From assembly GCA_020430505.1 (NCBI GenBank), contig JAGQJT010000002.1, positions 27,343 to 91,342 on the forward strand: a DNA stretch of 64,000 nt, given 5' to 3'. The DNA comes from Nanobdellota archaeon (GTDB taxonomy: Archaea; Nanobdellota; Nanobdellia; Pacearchaeales; GW2011-AR1). Shown here piece by piece: positions 1 to 9,067 of the stretch. The number at the start of each line of letters is the position of its first letter. The first letter of the stretch is position 1. A program made the translations under genes and the position numbers. The notes under the pieces are model-generated. The model did no database searches. It was given only the letters and a program-made list of their open reading frames with translations, and was not told the DNA's origin.

Positions 1-85
1 TGAAAACTCAATTATAAAAGAATCTTTTTTAAAAAATCTTGTTGAGAAAGTCTGTGAAGAAACAGGAATAAATTTACCTAAATAA

Positions 86-1786
86 TTACATTACCTCTAA
101 AACATCAATTCCAATCAAATAAAGTGAATTTTTTAAAACTTGCCTGAAACCTTCAATTAATCTCAATCTAAAACCTTCTTCTTTTGAACCAATAACAGGG
201 CAAGCATGGTAAAACTCATTAAAAGTTTGAGCCAACTGGTAAGAATAATTTGCAATTAAAGAAGGATTCAATTGTTCATAAGCCTTTTGAACTAAAGAGG
301 GGAACTCTGAAAGTTTCTTCAAAAGTAAAGATTCTTTGGGAGTCAAATCATAAATAACTAATTTGGGATTCTTTTTTGATTTCTTTAAAATAGAACTTGC
401 ACGAGCATAAGTGTATTGAATATAGGGGCCAGTATCTCCTTCAAAATTTATTGATTCTTTTGGATTGAAGAGCATATTTTTCTTTGCATCAATCTTTAAT
501 AGGATATATTTTATTGCTGCCAAACAAATCTTCAAACTTCTAGACTCTAAATCTTTCTTTGAAAGTTTTGCCCTTTTAGTCAATTCTTTCTTTGCCATAT
601 CTTGAATTTTATCAATAATGTCATCTGCATCAACAACAGTTCCTTCACGTGATTTCATCTTTCCTTCTGGAAGATTGACCATTCCATAAGAGAGGTGTTT
701 TAATCTTTCTGGATTTTTCAAACCCAATTTTTTTAGAATTTCTATCAAAACTTCGAAATGGTATTCTTGTTCATTTCCTACAACATAAATTGATTTATCT
801 AGTTTAAATTGATTAAATCTTAATTCTGCCAAGTAAATATCTTGGGTTATATAAACAGAAGTCCCGTCAGATCTTAGAAGAATTTTTTCTCCCAATTTTT
901 TTCCAAGATTTATATAAATTGATTTGTCTTTTTTTTGCTTGAAAATTTCATCTTTAAGACCTTGTTTAACAATATCTTTTCCTTTTTGAAAAATTTTACT
1001 CTCAAAATAAACTTTATCATGTTTGATTCCAAATTTTTTGTAAGTTTCTTCAAAACCTTCTAAAGCCCAATTGTTCATTTTTTCCCAAAGTTTTAGGGTT
1101 TCTTTATCACCCTCTTCGTATTTTTGCAACAAATGATGCGAATCTAAATCCAACTTTGAACCTTCTCTCACATTTTTACTGAATAACACATAGAAATCTC
1201 CAACAAAATGATCTGATTTTTTCTTTTCTTTTTCAGGAGTTTTATTATTTCCGTATCTTTGATACGCTGCCATTGACTTGCAAATATGGATACCTCTATC
1301 GTTGTTTAAGTTTGCTCTTATCACTTTATATCCGTTAAATTCTGCAATTCTCGAAACACTTTCTCCAATGGCCATATTTCTTAAATGCCCTAAATGTAAA
1401 GGTTTGTTTGTGTTTGGAGACGGAAATTCAATCATAATATTTTTTTTATTTGATTTTAATTTTCCAAAATTATCTTTTTGCTTATTTATCTCTGTTAAAA
1501 CTTCTAAAGACATTAATTTTTTGTCTAGAAAAAAATTAACATAAGGTCCCGATACTTGAATATCTTCAAGACCTTTTGGAGGATTTCCTATTTTCTCTCT
1601 TAGGTTCAAGGAGATTTCATGGGGAATTGCTTTCATGTATTGCGTTAAGAAAAAACAGGGAAATGCAAAATCTCCCATTTCAGGATTTTTTGGAGTTTCT
1701 AGATATTTGCTTATTGTTTCTTCTTCTATGTTTACGTCTAATTTTTTAAATGCTTTTTTGAGAATTTGAATCACCTTTTCTTTCAT
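86..1786 (-). CDS. argS: Arginine--tRNA ligase (class I aaRS)
   Basis: 566 aa; HIGH-type motif PLHLGHLRN; KMSKS-like GKMKSREG; length and overall layout of ArgRS (N-terminal add-1 domain, catalytic core, DALR anticodon-binding C-terminus). Confidence 0.9.
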   Translation of the reverse strand: MKEKVIQILKKAFKKLDVNIEEETISKYLETPKNPEMGDFAFPCFFLTQYMKAIPHEISLNLREKIGNPPKGLEDIQVSGPYVNFFLDKKLMSLEVLTEINKQKDNFGKLKSNKKNIMIEFPSPNTNKPLHLGHLRNMAIGESVSRIAEFNGYKVIRANLNNDRGIHICKSMAAYQRYGNNKTPEKEKKKSDHFVGDFYVLFSKNVREGSKLDLDSHHLLQKYEEGDKETLKLWEKMNNWALEGFEETYKKFGIKHDKVYFESKIFQKGKDIVKQGLKDEIFKQKKDKSIYINLGKKLGEKILLRSDGTSVYITQDIYLAELRFNQFKLDKSIYVVGNEQEYHFEVLIEILKKLGLKNPERLKHLSYGMVNLPEGKMKSREGTVVDADDIIDKIQDMAKKELTKRAKLSKKDLESRSLKICLAAIKYILLKIDAKKNMLFNPKESINFEGDTGPYIQYTYARASSILKKSKKNPKLVIYDLTPKESLLLKKLSEFPSLVQKAYEQLNPSLIANYSYQLAQTFNEFYHACPVIGSKEEGFRLRLIEGFRQVLKNSLYLIGIDVLEVM

Positions 1787-1818
1787 AAATAATGGATGAA
1801 AAAAGAATTAATAAATCT

Positions 1819-2358
1819 TTACAATTTTAAGGCTTTCTTTACCTCGCTGTGAATTTCTTTTATAGAAGGAGATGCATCAATTGAGTAAAATTCAAAATTT
1901 TTCTTTAAGTAATTTAATACGGGAAGAGTTTTTTCTTTATATTGTTCAAATCTTTTTTTAATTGACTCTGGATTGTCATCGCTACGCCCTTCATTTCTTT
2001 TTAGAATTCTTTCAATTGCCTCTTCTTTTGAGAGATCGAAAAAAATTACTTTGTTGACTAAAAATTTCTTTTTTACATATTTTGCTTGTTCCAAAGTTCT
2101 TACTGCCCCATCAAGAACGTATCCTGAAATATTATTTAATTTTGAAATTTCTTCTTGTATTATTTCAAAGATCATTTCGTCTGATAACAGTTCTCCTTTT
2201 TTGTAACCCTCTTCTCTGTATGAAATAATTTTAGGATTATTAGAATTCCTTATTGCATCACCAGTAGAAATTTGAGAGATCCCATACTTTTTCAACAACT
2301 TTGCTTGAGTGCCTTTTCCTGCTCCTGGAACCCCCATAAATAGAATTTTTTGATTCAT
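1819..2358 (-). CDS. adk: Adenylate kinase (short form)
   Basis: 179 aa; P-loop GVPGAGKGTQ; STGDAIR nucleotide-binding motif; short LID region. Confidence 0.85.
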   Translation of the reverse strand: MNQKILFMGVPGAGKGTQAKLLKKYGISQISTGDAIRNSNNPKIISYREEGYKKGELLSDEMIFEIIQEEISKLNNISGYVLDGAVRTLEQAKYVKKKFLVNKVIFFDLSKEEAIERILKRNEGRSDDNPESIKKRFEQYKEKTLPVLNYLKKNFEFYSIDASPSIKEIHSEVKKALKL

Positions 2359-2436
2359 GAATTGAATAAAGGAACTCGGTTAAAAAATGTTTGTGGTTTA
2401 GAAAAAGAATATAAACTAATTTCTCTAAATTAATTA

Positions 2437-3174
2437 ATGAATAAAAAAGGGCAGGTTACTTTGTTTATTATCATTGCAATTATAATTGTTGTCCTGGGAG
2501 TTTTATTCTTTATATTCAAAGATTCAATAAATTTTAGTAGTCAAAAACTAAGAGTCTCTGATGTTGAATTGAAGGTTAGTGAATGTTTGAAAGATAACTC
2601 AGAATATGTTCTTTGGGGAGTTGGTCAAGGAGGAGGATATTTCTACCCTATAAATGATTCTACTGAATTTGGAATTACTTACTATTATTTGAATAATGAA
2701 AATTTAATGCCTAGTTTGGAAGAAGTTGAAAAAGAAATTTCAAATATTATCTCTGAAAAAGTTTATTATTGTGTTAACAATTTTACCAATTTCACAAATT
2801 ATGATGAAATTGAAGCCAGATATCCAAGTGCTAAAACAACCATAAATGATGAAAAAACATATCTTGAATTGAGATTTCCAATAAAAGTTGTAAAAGGAGA
2901 AGAAGTTATTTATTTGGAGGAATTTCCCTATGAATTAAGAATTCCTTTAGGAAAAATGTATTCTGTTGCAGAATACATGATTTCTATAGAAAAAGAAAAA
3001 CAAGGAATTTGTATTACATGTAATGCAGAAGCTGCTTTGAATAGGGATTTAACTATAGAAATGATTGATGGAGAAAATCAAACAGTAATTTTTATACTAA
3101 AAGATGAAAATTACTTACTTGAGGATAAAGAATTTGAATGGGTATTTGCAAATGATTATTCAAAAGGACTTTAA
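2437..3174 (+). CDS. Hypothetical protein with class-III (pilin-like) signal peptide
   Basis: N-terminus MNKKGQVTLFIIIAIIIVVLGVLFF = KKG|Q followed by a hydrophobic stretch, the archaeal prepilin pattern; rest has no recognisable motif. Confidence 0.5.
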   Translation: MNKKGQVTLFIIIAIIIVVLGVLFFIFKDSINFSSQKLRVSDVELKVSECLKDNSEYVLWGVGQGGGYFYPINDSTEFGITYYYLNNENLMPSLEEVEKEISNIISEKVYYCVNNFTNFTNYDEIEARYPSAKTTINDEKTYLELRFPIKVVKGEEVIYLEEFPYELRIPLGKMYSVAEYMISIEKEKQGICITCNAEAALNRDLTIEMIDGENQTVIFILKDENYLLEDKEFEWVFANDYSKGL

Positions 3175-5812
3175 AAAAATATTTGTTTTTGGAGTAATTT
3201 TATTTTTATTATTTGGAAATGTGCCTTTTGTTAGTTCGGAAGAAAAAGTTTCTTACGGTTCAAATATCTTAAATGAATTCAATTCCTTTTCTGACAATGA
3301 AGTTTTTAGTTTACTAATTGAAGGAATTGAAGTTCAAGAATATGGAGATGTTCTTGCTATTTATTTTATAACTGAAGGAGTTTGGCCAGATTCTTTAGAT
3401 ATTTTTTATGACATTGTTCCTTTTAGTGAATCTCAACAAGAAACTTTCATAAAAATAAATAAATCTTCAGAAGAAATATTTGAAGCAGATTTTAGTGTTA
3501 AAAATGGAAGTTCCTATATTTTTGGAAATAATGAATTTTATGTTCCTGGAGGATCAAGAGTAAAGTTTTATGATGGAAACATAAAACTTGAAGTTTCTGA
3601 TGGCGCTAAATTTGACAGATTGCCTAGTTTTTTAGATTCTAAGAACTTTAATAGCTTAGAAGTTGAGGGTAAAGACATAACTTTGAGTGATGGTCTTTAC
3701 ATAAGAGATGGAAAGGTTAATTTTGGATTGAATGGATATGAAATTGCAAATGGAGATGTTATTTATGATGGAAAATTGTTTAAAGTTACTAAAGATAAAG
3801 TTTTAATTGCTAATAGAGATTTGGGAAACTATGATGGAAATTGGGTTTATCAAGATTCTAATAGCTTAAATTTGCATTCTTCTGCAAAAGGAACAATAAA
3901 TATGCAGGTTCTTAATGATGAATTTTTTAACATTGAAAGTGGAGAAACTTTAGGAATCCAAGTTAATGATGGAGATTACTTAGAAATCAATAAAGGAGTT
4001 TTGGGGGATTATCCTGAATTAATTCATCACAGTTCTGAAGAAGGTTCAACTTTTATCACAAATGGAGATCTTGGAACTTTTGTTTATACAAAAGATGATT
4101 TGATTATTGATAAACAAAAGTTAGGATTTATTGAAGATAATTTTTATGGAGTTTCTTCATATGAAGGAGTTGGAATGAAGATTAGTTCTGATGCTGAAAA
4201 TGTTAATTTAGATGTTTTAGTTAGCGATAATGGAGAAGTTTCTTTTTTGAAAGGAGATTATGTTGTTGAAAGTTTTAATAAAGAAGTAAGTTCTAGGCTT
4301 GAAGGATTTTCAAATGCTGAATTGGATAGACTTTATGGAGAAGATGCTTCAACAATAATTAAAGAGGATATTGCTTATTTGATGGAAGAAATTGATTTAA
4401 GTTATGAACAAGCAAATAGGTTGGTTAAAGAGTATGCTGGATTTCCTGGAAGAGAATGGAGAAAAAATACCTTGGTAGCTAGCTTTTCTTATCTTGAAGA
4501 AGAAGGGTTTTCTAAAGAATCTTCTTTCAAATTGATTTCTGAAATTGTGAAAAATGAAGGAGAAAATTTTCATTACACTTTGAATTATCTTTTGCCAGAT
4601 TCGATTAAGCTCGCAAAACAATCAGGGTTAAGTCATGAAGAATCAGCAAATCTAATTTCGAGCCTCATCAAAAATAGCGGGCAATATTCTAGTGAGATTC
4701 TTAGATCTGTTTTACCTAGCGCAATAGAAGTTGGGCTTACTCCAGAAGGAGCGGTAAATTTAATTTCCACAATCATGGAAGAAAATTCTGATTTCATATA
4801 TAATTCTATTGAACATACGGTTCCATCTTTTTTGGAGAAAATTCAAAAAGAAAATATAACAATTGATTATGGCTTGTTTATTGAAGCAATCTCGGAACAA
4901 TCAAAAAAAGGCCAATTTGACTTAGCCATAGGGAGAGGGCTAGACAAAACTGTGGAGTTTGGGAAATTTGAAGGATTTTCAGCACAAGAAGTTTATGATA
5001 TAATCCTTAAGGATAGAGATTCTTTATCTAATTCAGAAATTGAAATAAAGGATTATTTTCTTAATTATGCTGATCCTTATTCAAAAGAATCAAATTTGGT
5101 TAAGAATATTTATCCTTCACCAGGGCATTATCCCTCAAATTATGACAATTTAAAGGATGAAATTACTTATAAATATGGGGTTACTCCAATGAATTCGCTT
5201 CCATATCTTGGGAAATATCTTGAACTTCAAAAGGATGTTCTCTCTGCGTCAAAAGAAATTGGAGTTGATCCTTACTTACTTTATAATTCATTTCAACAAG
5301 AAGGCATGATTGGTAAACTACAATATGAGAGTTATTCTTCAAATATGAAGATAAATACTTTTGAAGATGTAGGGATTGATAGTTTAATTGACGAACTTGA
5401 TTCTTTGCAGACACTAGGTATTCTCGAAGAGTTTAATTATCTCCCAGAAACTTGTGAGAAAAGAACAAATGAAAAGGGAAACCAATTTACAATTTGCGAT
5501 ACTACTGCTGATGAAGCCTTAAAAGGAATGGCCGCATTATTAAAAAAGAGGAAAAATGATTTTGAATCAGATTTAAGCTCATTTGGGATAAATAAAAACT
5601 CATTATCCCAAGAAGAGACAAATTGGTGGATATATGCATATTATAATCTTGGATCTACAAAAGCAAAAAATTATCTAAAAAAATATGGGGTGCAATGGAT
5701 GTATGATAAATCCGGAGAAGATTTGGAAAAAAATATTGAAAGTGTTCATTTCAATGCGGGAAGAGTTGCTGGGACTTCTGAATTATTAAGAAGTTATAAT
5801 ATCTTTAATTAA
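3152..5812 (+). CDS. Large secreted protein (about 886 aa), unknown function
   Basis: ORF track starts at 3104; the internal ATG at 3152 gives a signal peptide MIIQKDFKKIFVFGVILFLLFGNVPFVSS. The C-terminal about 200 aa contain an AYYNLG motif loosely resembling the lytic transglycosylase AYNAG motif (weak). Confidence 0.55.
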   Translation: MIIQKDFKKIFVFGVILFLLFGNVPFVSSEEKVSYGSNILNEFNSFSDNEVFSLLIEGIEVQEYGDVLAIYFITEGVWPDSLDIFYDIVPFSESQQETFIKINKSSEEIFEADFSVKNGSSYIFGNNEFYVPGGSRVKFYDGNIKLEVSDGAKFDRLPSFLDSKNFNSLEVEGKDITLSDGLYIRDGKVNFGLNGYEIANGDVIYDGKLFKVTKDKVLIANRDLGNYDGNWVYQDSNSLNLHSSAKGTINMQVLNDEFFNIESGETLGIQVNDGDYLEINKGVLGDYPELIHHSSEEGSTFITNGDLGTFVYTKDDLIIDKQKLGFIEDNFYGVSSYEGVGMKISSDAENVNLDVLVSDNGEVSFLKGDYVVESFNKEVSSRLEGFSNAELDRLYGEDASTIIKEDIAYLMEEIDLSYEQANRLVKEYAGFPGREWRKNTLVASFSYLEEEGFSKESSFKLISEIVKNEGENFHYTLNYLLPDSIKLAKQSGLSHEESANLISSLIKNSGQYSSEILRSVLPSAIEVGLTPEGAVNLISTIMEENSDFIYNSIEHTVPSFLEKIQKENITIDYGLFIEAISEQSKKGQFDLAIGRGLDKTVEFGKFEGFSAQEVYDIILKDRDSLSNSEIEIKDYFLNYADPYSKESNLVKNIYPSPGHYPSNYDNLKDEITYKYGVTPMNSLPYLGKYLELQKDVLSASKEIGVDPYLLYNSFQQEGMIGKLQYESYSSNMKINTFEDVGIDSLIDELDSLQTLGILEEFNYLPETCEKRTNEKGNQFTICDTTADEALKGMAALLKKRKNDFESDLSSFGINKNSLSQEETNWWIYAYYNLGSTKAKNYLKKYGVQWMYDKSGEDLEKNIESVHFNAGRVAGTSELLRSYNIFN

Positions 5813-5883
5813 TAACTGCAAAAAAATAGCAGTATTTTTCCGTCCTCAAGAAATCTTATAAACTACTATCACTTAAACAAGAT

Positions 5884-6171
5884 ATGCAAAAGCAAGTAAT
5901 AAAAATACAAAATAAAATTTCACCTATCCTTAAAGAATATGGAGTAAAAAGAGCTGGAATCTTTGGTAGCTATGCTAGAGGAGATTTTAAGAGAAAAAGC
6001 GATATTGATATTTTGGTTGAACTTGATGAAAGATATGGTCTTGGAGAAATTATAGATATTAAACTAAAATTAGAGAAGGTATTGAAAAAAAAAGTAGATC
6101 TTGTTGAATATGAATTAATTCGGAAAGAATTAAAGAAAAGAATTTTGAATGAAGAGGTGAGAATAATATGA
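5884..6171 (+). CDS. Minimal nucleotidyltransferase (MNT), antitoxin-type of a HEPN/MNT pair
   Basis: GIFGSYARGD...SDIDILVE = the GS-x(n)-DxD nucleotidyltransferase motif; 95 aa; 4-nt ATGA overlap with the downstream HEPN gene. Confidence 0.85.
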   Translation: MQKQVIKIQNKISPILKEYGVKRAGIFGSYARGDFKRKSDIDILVELDERYGLGEIIDIKLKLEKVLKKKVDLVEYELIRKELKKRILNEEVRII

Positions 6172-6503
6172 ATAGAAATTACAAACTATTCATTGATGAT
6201 ATAAGAAAGTCGATAAAATTAATTGAAAGATACACTCAAAAGATCTCTGAAAAAAATTTTTACAAAAATGAGCTATTACAAGATGCTTTGATGAGGAGAA
6301 TAGAGATCATTGGAGAAGCTAGTAAAAGAATTCCAAACTCTGTAAGAAAAATCAATCCGCAAATAAATTGGAAAAGAATTTCAAACTATAGAGATTTTAT
6401 TGCCCATTCATATTTTGAAGCAAGTTTAAAAAGAACATGGATCATGATTAAAGAAGAAATCCCAGAATTAAAAAAGAACGTAAGAAAAATAAAATTACTA
6501 TGA
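6168..6503 (+). CDS. HEPN-domain protein (DUF86-like), toxin-type of a HEPN/MNT pair
   Basis: 111 aa; RDFIAHSY = the Rx4HxY HEPN motif near the C-terminus; overlaps the MNT stop and the trxB start. Confidence 0.8.
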   Translation: MNRNYKLFIDDIRKSIKLIERYTQKISEKNFYKNELLQDALMRRIEIIGEASKRIPNSVRKINPQINWKRISNYRDFIAHSYFEASLKRTWIMIKEEIPELKKNVRKIKLL

Positions 6504-7408
6504 CAAAAAAAGTATATGATTTGATTATTGTAGGTGCTGGTGCGGCTGCTTTAGCTGCTGCTTTGTATGCTGCAAGGTACAAATTAACAACTTTAATGCT
6601 TGGTCAAATTCCTGGAGGGACTAGTGGAACTGCACATGAGGTTTGGAATTATCCCGGATTTGATAAAATTTCTGGAATGGAATTAATGATGAAAATGATT
6701 GAACAAGTAAAAATGAACGGAGCTGAATTTAAACAAGAAACTGTTCAAGACATAAAGAAGGGGAAAAAATTCACAGTTAAAACCGACAAAGAAACTTACG
6801 AAGCAAAAAAAATAATTCTTGCAACAGGAAGTGAAAGAAAGAAACTTGGAATTCATGGGGAAAAAGATTATGTTGGAAAAGGAATAAGTTATTGTGCAAC
6901 TTGTGATTCTGGATTTTACAAGGATAAAATTGCAGGAGTTGTTGGAGGAAGTGATGCAGCTTTGACTGCCGCTTTGCTTTTAGCAAGATTTGCAAAGAAA
7001 GTCTATATAATCTATAGGAAAGACAAATTCACAAAACCTGACCAAACTTGGGTCGAACAAGTAGAAAAAGAAAAAAAGATAGAGATAATATTCAATGCTG
7101 AGGTTTCAAAATTAATTGGAAAAGATAAAATTGAAGGTGTTGAAATCGAAATTGAAGATAAGAAAGAAAAACTAAAATTGGATGGTCTGTTTATAGAAAT
7201 TGGAAGTACTCCAAATACCGAGCTGGCACAAAAATTAGGAATCGAATTAGATAAAGGAGAGATAGCAGTTGACAAGAATATGAAAACCAATGTTGAAGGA
7301 GCTTTTGCTGCTGGAGACATAACGAACAACCCTTTCAAACAAATTTCTACTGCTGTCGGAGAAGGTTCAATTGCAGCCTATTCTGCCTACAAAGAATTAA
7401 GAGTTTAG
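6500..7408 (+). CDS. trxB: Thioredoxin-disulfide reductase
   Basis: 302 aa; FAD-binding GAGAAALAAALYAAR; redox CATC (YCATCDSGF); second Rossmann motif VVGGSDAALTAALLLA; GDIT near the C-terminus. Confidence 0.9.
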   Translation: MTKKVYDLIIVGAGAAALAAALYAARYKLTTLMLGQIPGGTSGTAHEVWNYPGFDKISGMELMMKMIEQVKMNGAEFKQETVQDIKKGKKFTVKTDKETYEAKKIILATGSERKKLGIHGEKDYVGKGISYCATCDSGFYKDKIAGVVGGSDAALTAALLLARFAKKVYIIYRKDKFTKPDQTWVEQVEKEKKIEIIFNAEVSKLIGKDKIEGVEIEIEDKKEKLKLDGLFIEIGSTPNTELAQKLGIELDKGEIAVDKNMKTNVEGAFAAGDITNNPFKQISTAVGEGSIAAYSAYKELRV

Positions 7409-7799
7409 AACATAAATATTTTTAAAAAAAATAATTTTAAATATTCCATGTTTAGAGGGCTTATTGAACTGCTTTCATTCTTGAGCTACATAGACTTTGC
7501 AAATATTCTTGAAATTTCTGGAGAAGAAAGAATTAAGCAGAATAAACAAAATTATTCCTATCAAAAAACAAAAACACTCTATCAAAATCCCCATTTTTAC
7601 AGCCAAAAATCATACCATAATAAAACAATTCCTAGAAATAAAACTAGTAACATTTCTTTATATGGAAAAAGACAAAAAATGGAAAACAAAAGAAAGAGCA
7701 TAGAGAAAAAATTTAAATTGGAAAAAAGAGAATTGATTATTAAAAAAACTTTAAAAAATAACCCGTAAACTTTATTAATGAACTTTTTCTGAACAAATT

Positions 7800-8078
7800 A
7801 TGGTTGAAACAAAAATAAACAAAGAAGGTTTAGAAAACGCATTAAAAGTTCCCCAAACTGAAGAAACTCCAGAAGTTCCAAAAGTTGATGCAAAACCTGT
7901 TGAAAAAGCCCCAGAGCAAATGAAACCAGAAGAAGAAATTGGTTTTCATAAAGGAGCTATAACAACACTTGCTAACGAACGAACTGAGTTAATGAAAATG
8001 ATTCAGAACGTTGAAGTTATTATGCAAGCACATGTGAAAAGACTTGAAGAACTTGGCGTAAAAATTGTAAAAAAATAA
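7800..8078 (+). CDS. Hypothetical small acidic protein
   Basis: 92 aa ORF with an ATG start, no motif recognised; sits between an A-rich non-coding stretch and the tRNA. Confidence 0.35.
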   Translation: MVETKINKEGLENALKVPQTEETPEVPKVDAKPVEKAPEQMKPEEEIGFHKGAITTLANERTELMKMIQNVEVIMQAHVKRLEELGVKIVKK

Positions 8079-8129
8079 AAATTCTAATTAGATAAATTTT
8101 TAAGCATAATTCTATTTGAAATTCCGAAT

Positions 8130-8213
8130 GTGGGGGTGCTGGAGTGGTCAAACAGGCAGCCCTTAAGCGGCTGTAGCTTTATGCTTACGCAGGTTCGAAT
8201 CCTGTCCCTCACA
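8130..8213 (+). tRNA. tRNA-Leu (anticodon UAA), class II with long variable arm
   Basis: Manually folded. Acceptor GTGGGGG/CCCTCAC with one G-U pair, U8, 3-bp D stem CTG/CAG, anticodon stem CAGCC/GGCTG with loop CTTAAGC (U33, anticodon TAA, G37), 15-nt variable arm, T stem GCAGG/CCTGT with T loop TTCGAAT, discriminator A; CCA not encoded. Confidence 0.85.
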
Positions 8214-8253
8214 TCATAACAATCTTTTTAATTAACTAATTCAAAATTAATTT

Positions 8254-9009
8254 ATGAAAGAAAAACAAAAAGGTTTTTTGATATTGTTAATTTTAGTTCT
8301 TGCATTGATTGCCCTCAATTACCCCATAATTAATTCCTTACTCGAAAAATCTTTGGATGAAAAAGAAACTGGACTTGTTGAAAGAATTGTTGATGGGGAT
8401 ACTTTGGTTGTAAATGGTGAAAAAGTTAGAATGCTTGGAATAAATACACCGGAAAAAGGAGAATATTTATCTGATAAAGCTCAAGAATTCCTAGAGACTA
8501 CAATTCTGAATGAAACGGTTGAATTGGAATTTGGAAAAGATATCTATGATTTATATGGGAGAAAATTAGCTTATGTTATATACAAAAAGAGAAACATAAA
8601 CCAAGAAAGTGTTGAACAGGGTTTTTCTAACTTTTACTTTCCTTCTGGAAAAGATAAATATTATGAAAATTTTGTAAATTCTTGGGAAAAATGCCTTTCG
8701 AATGAAATTAATTTATGTGAACCTTCACAAGATGTATGTAAAACCTGTATATCAGTTGAAGAATGGAACATAGAAAACCAATTATTAATCTTGAAGAACC
8801 TATGTGATTTTAGTTGTGATTTAACTAGTTGGACAATTAAAGATGAAGGAAGAAAAAAGTTTACTTTTGATAAAACTTTTTTAGGATCTGGAGAAGAATA
8901 TATTTTAACTCCAAAAGATTTTAACAAAGATTATATTTGGACTAAATCTGGAGATAGCATTTTCATAAGAGATGATAAGAACAAACTAGTTTATTGGGAA
9001 AGCTATTAA
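8254..9009 (+). CDS. Membrane-anchored thermonuclease (staphylococcal nuclease family) with Cys-rich C-terminal region
   Basis: N-terminal TM helix; VDGDTLVV and VRMLGINTPE match the SNase catalytic and Ca-binding motifs; six Cys in the C-terminal 100 aa. Confidence 0.8.
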   Translation: MKEKQKGFLILLILVLALIALNYPIINSLLEKSLDEKETGLVERIVDGDTLVVNGEKVRMLGINTPEKGEYLSDKAQEFLETTILNETVELEFGKDIYDLYGRKLAYVIYKKRNINQESVEQGFSNFYFPSGKDKYYENFVNSWEKCLSNEINLCEPSQDVCKTCISVEEWNIENQLLILKNLCDFSCDLTSWTIKDEGRKKFTFDKTFLGSGEEYILTPKDFNKDYIWTKSGDSIFIRDDKNKLVYWESY

Positions 9010-9067
9010 TTCATCGGATGAGAGTAGCAAAGATAAGTATATAAAGTTGCAATTTTTATCAAATTTA

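Noticed and set aside
3104-3151. Upstream extension of the large secreted protein ORF
   Set aside because: Starting at 3104 gives a non-signal N-terminus that overlaps the previous gene by 70 nt. The ATG at 3152 gives a clean signal peptide.
7448-7768. 106-aa ORF in the A-rich intergenic region
   Set aside because: It has a low-complexity N/K/Q-rich translation. An overlapping alternative-frame ORF (7497-7703) is equally plausible. I treat it as non-coding unless conservation is shown.
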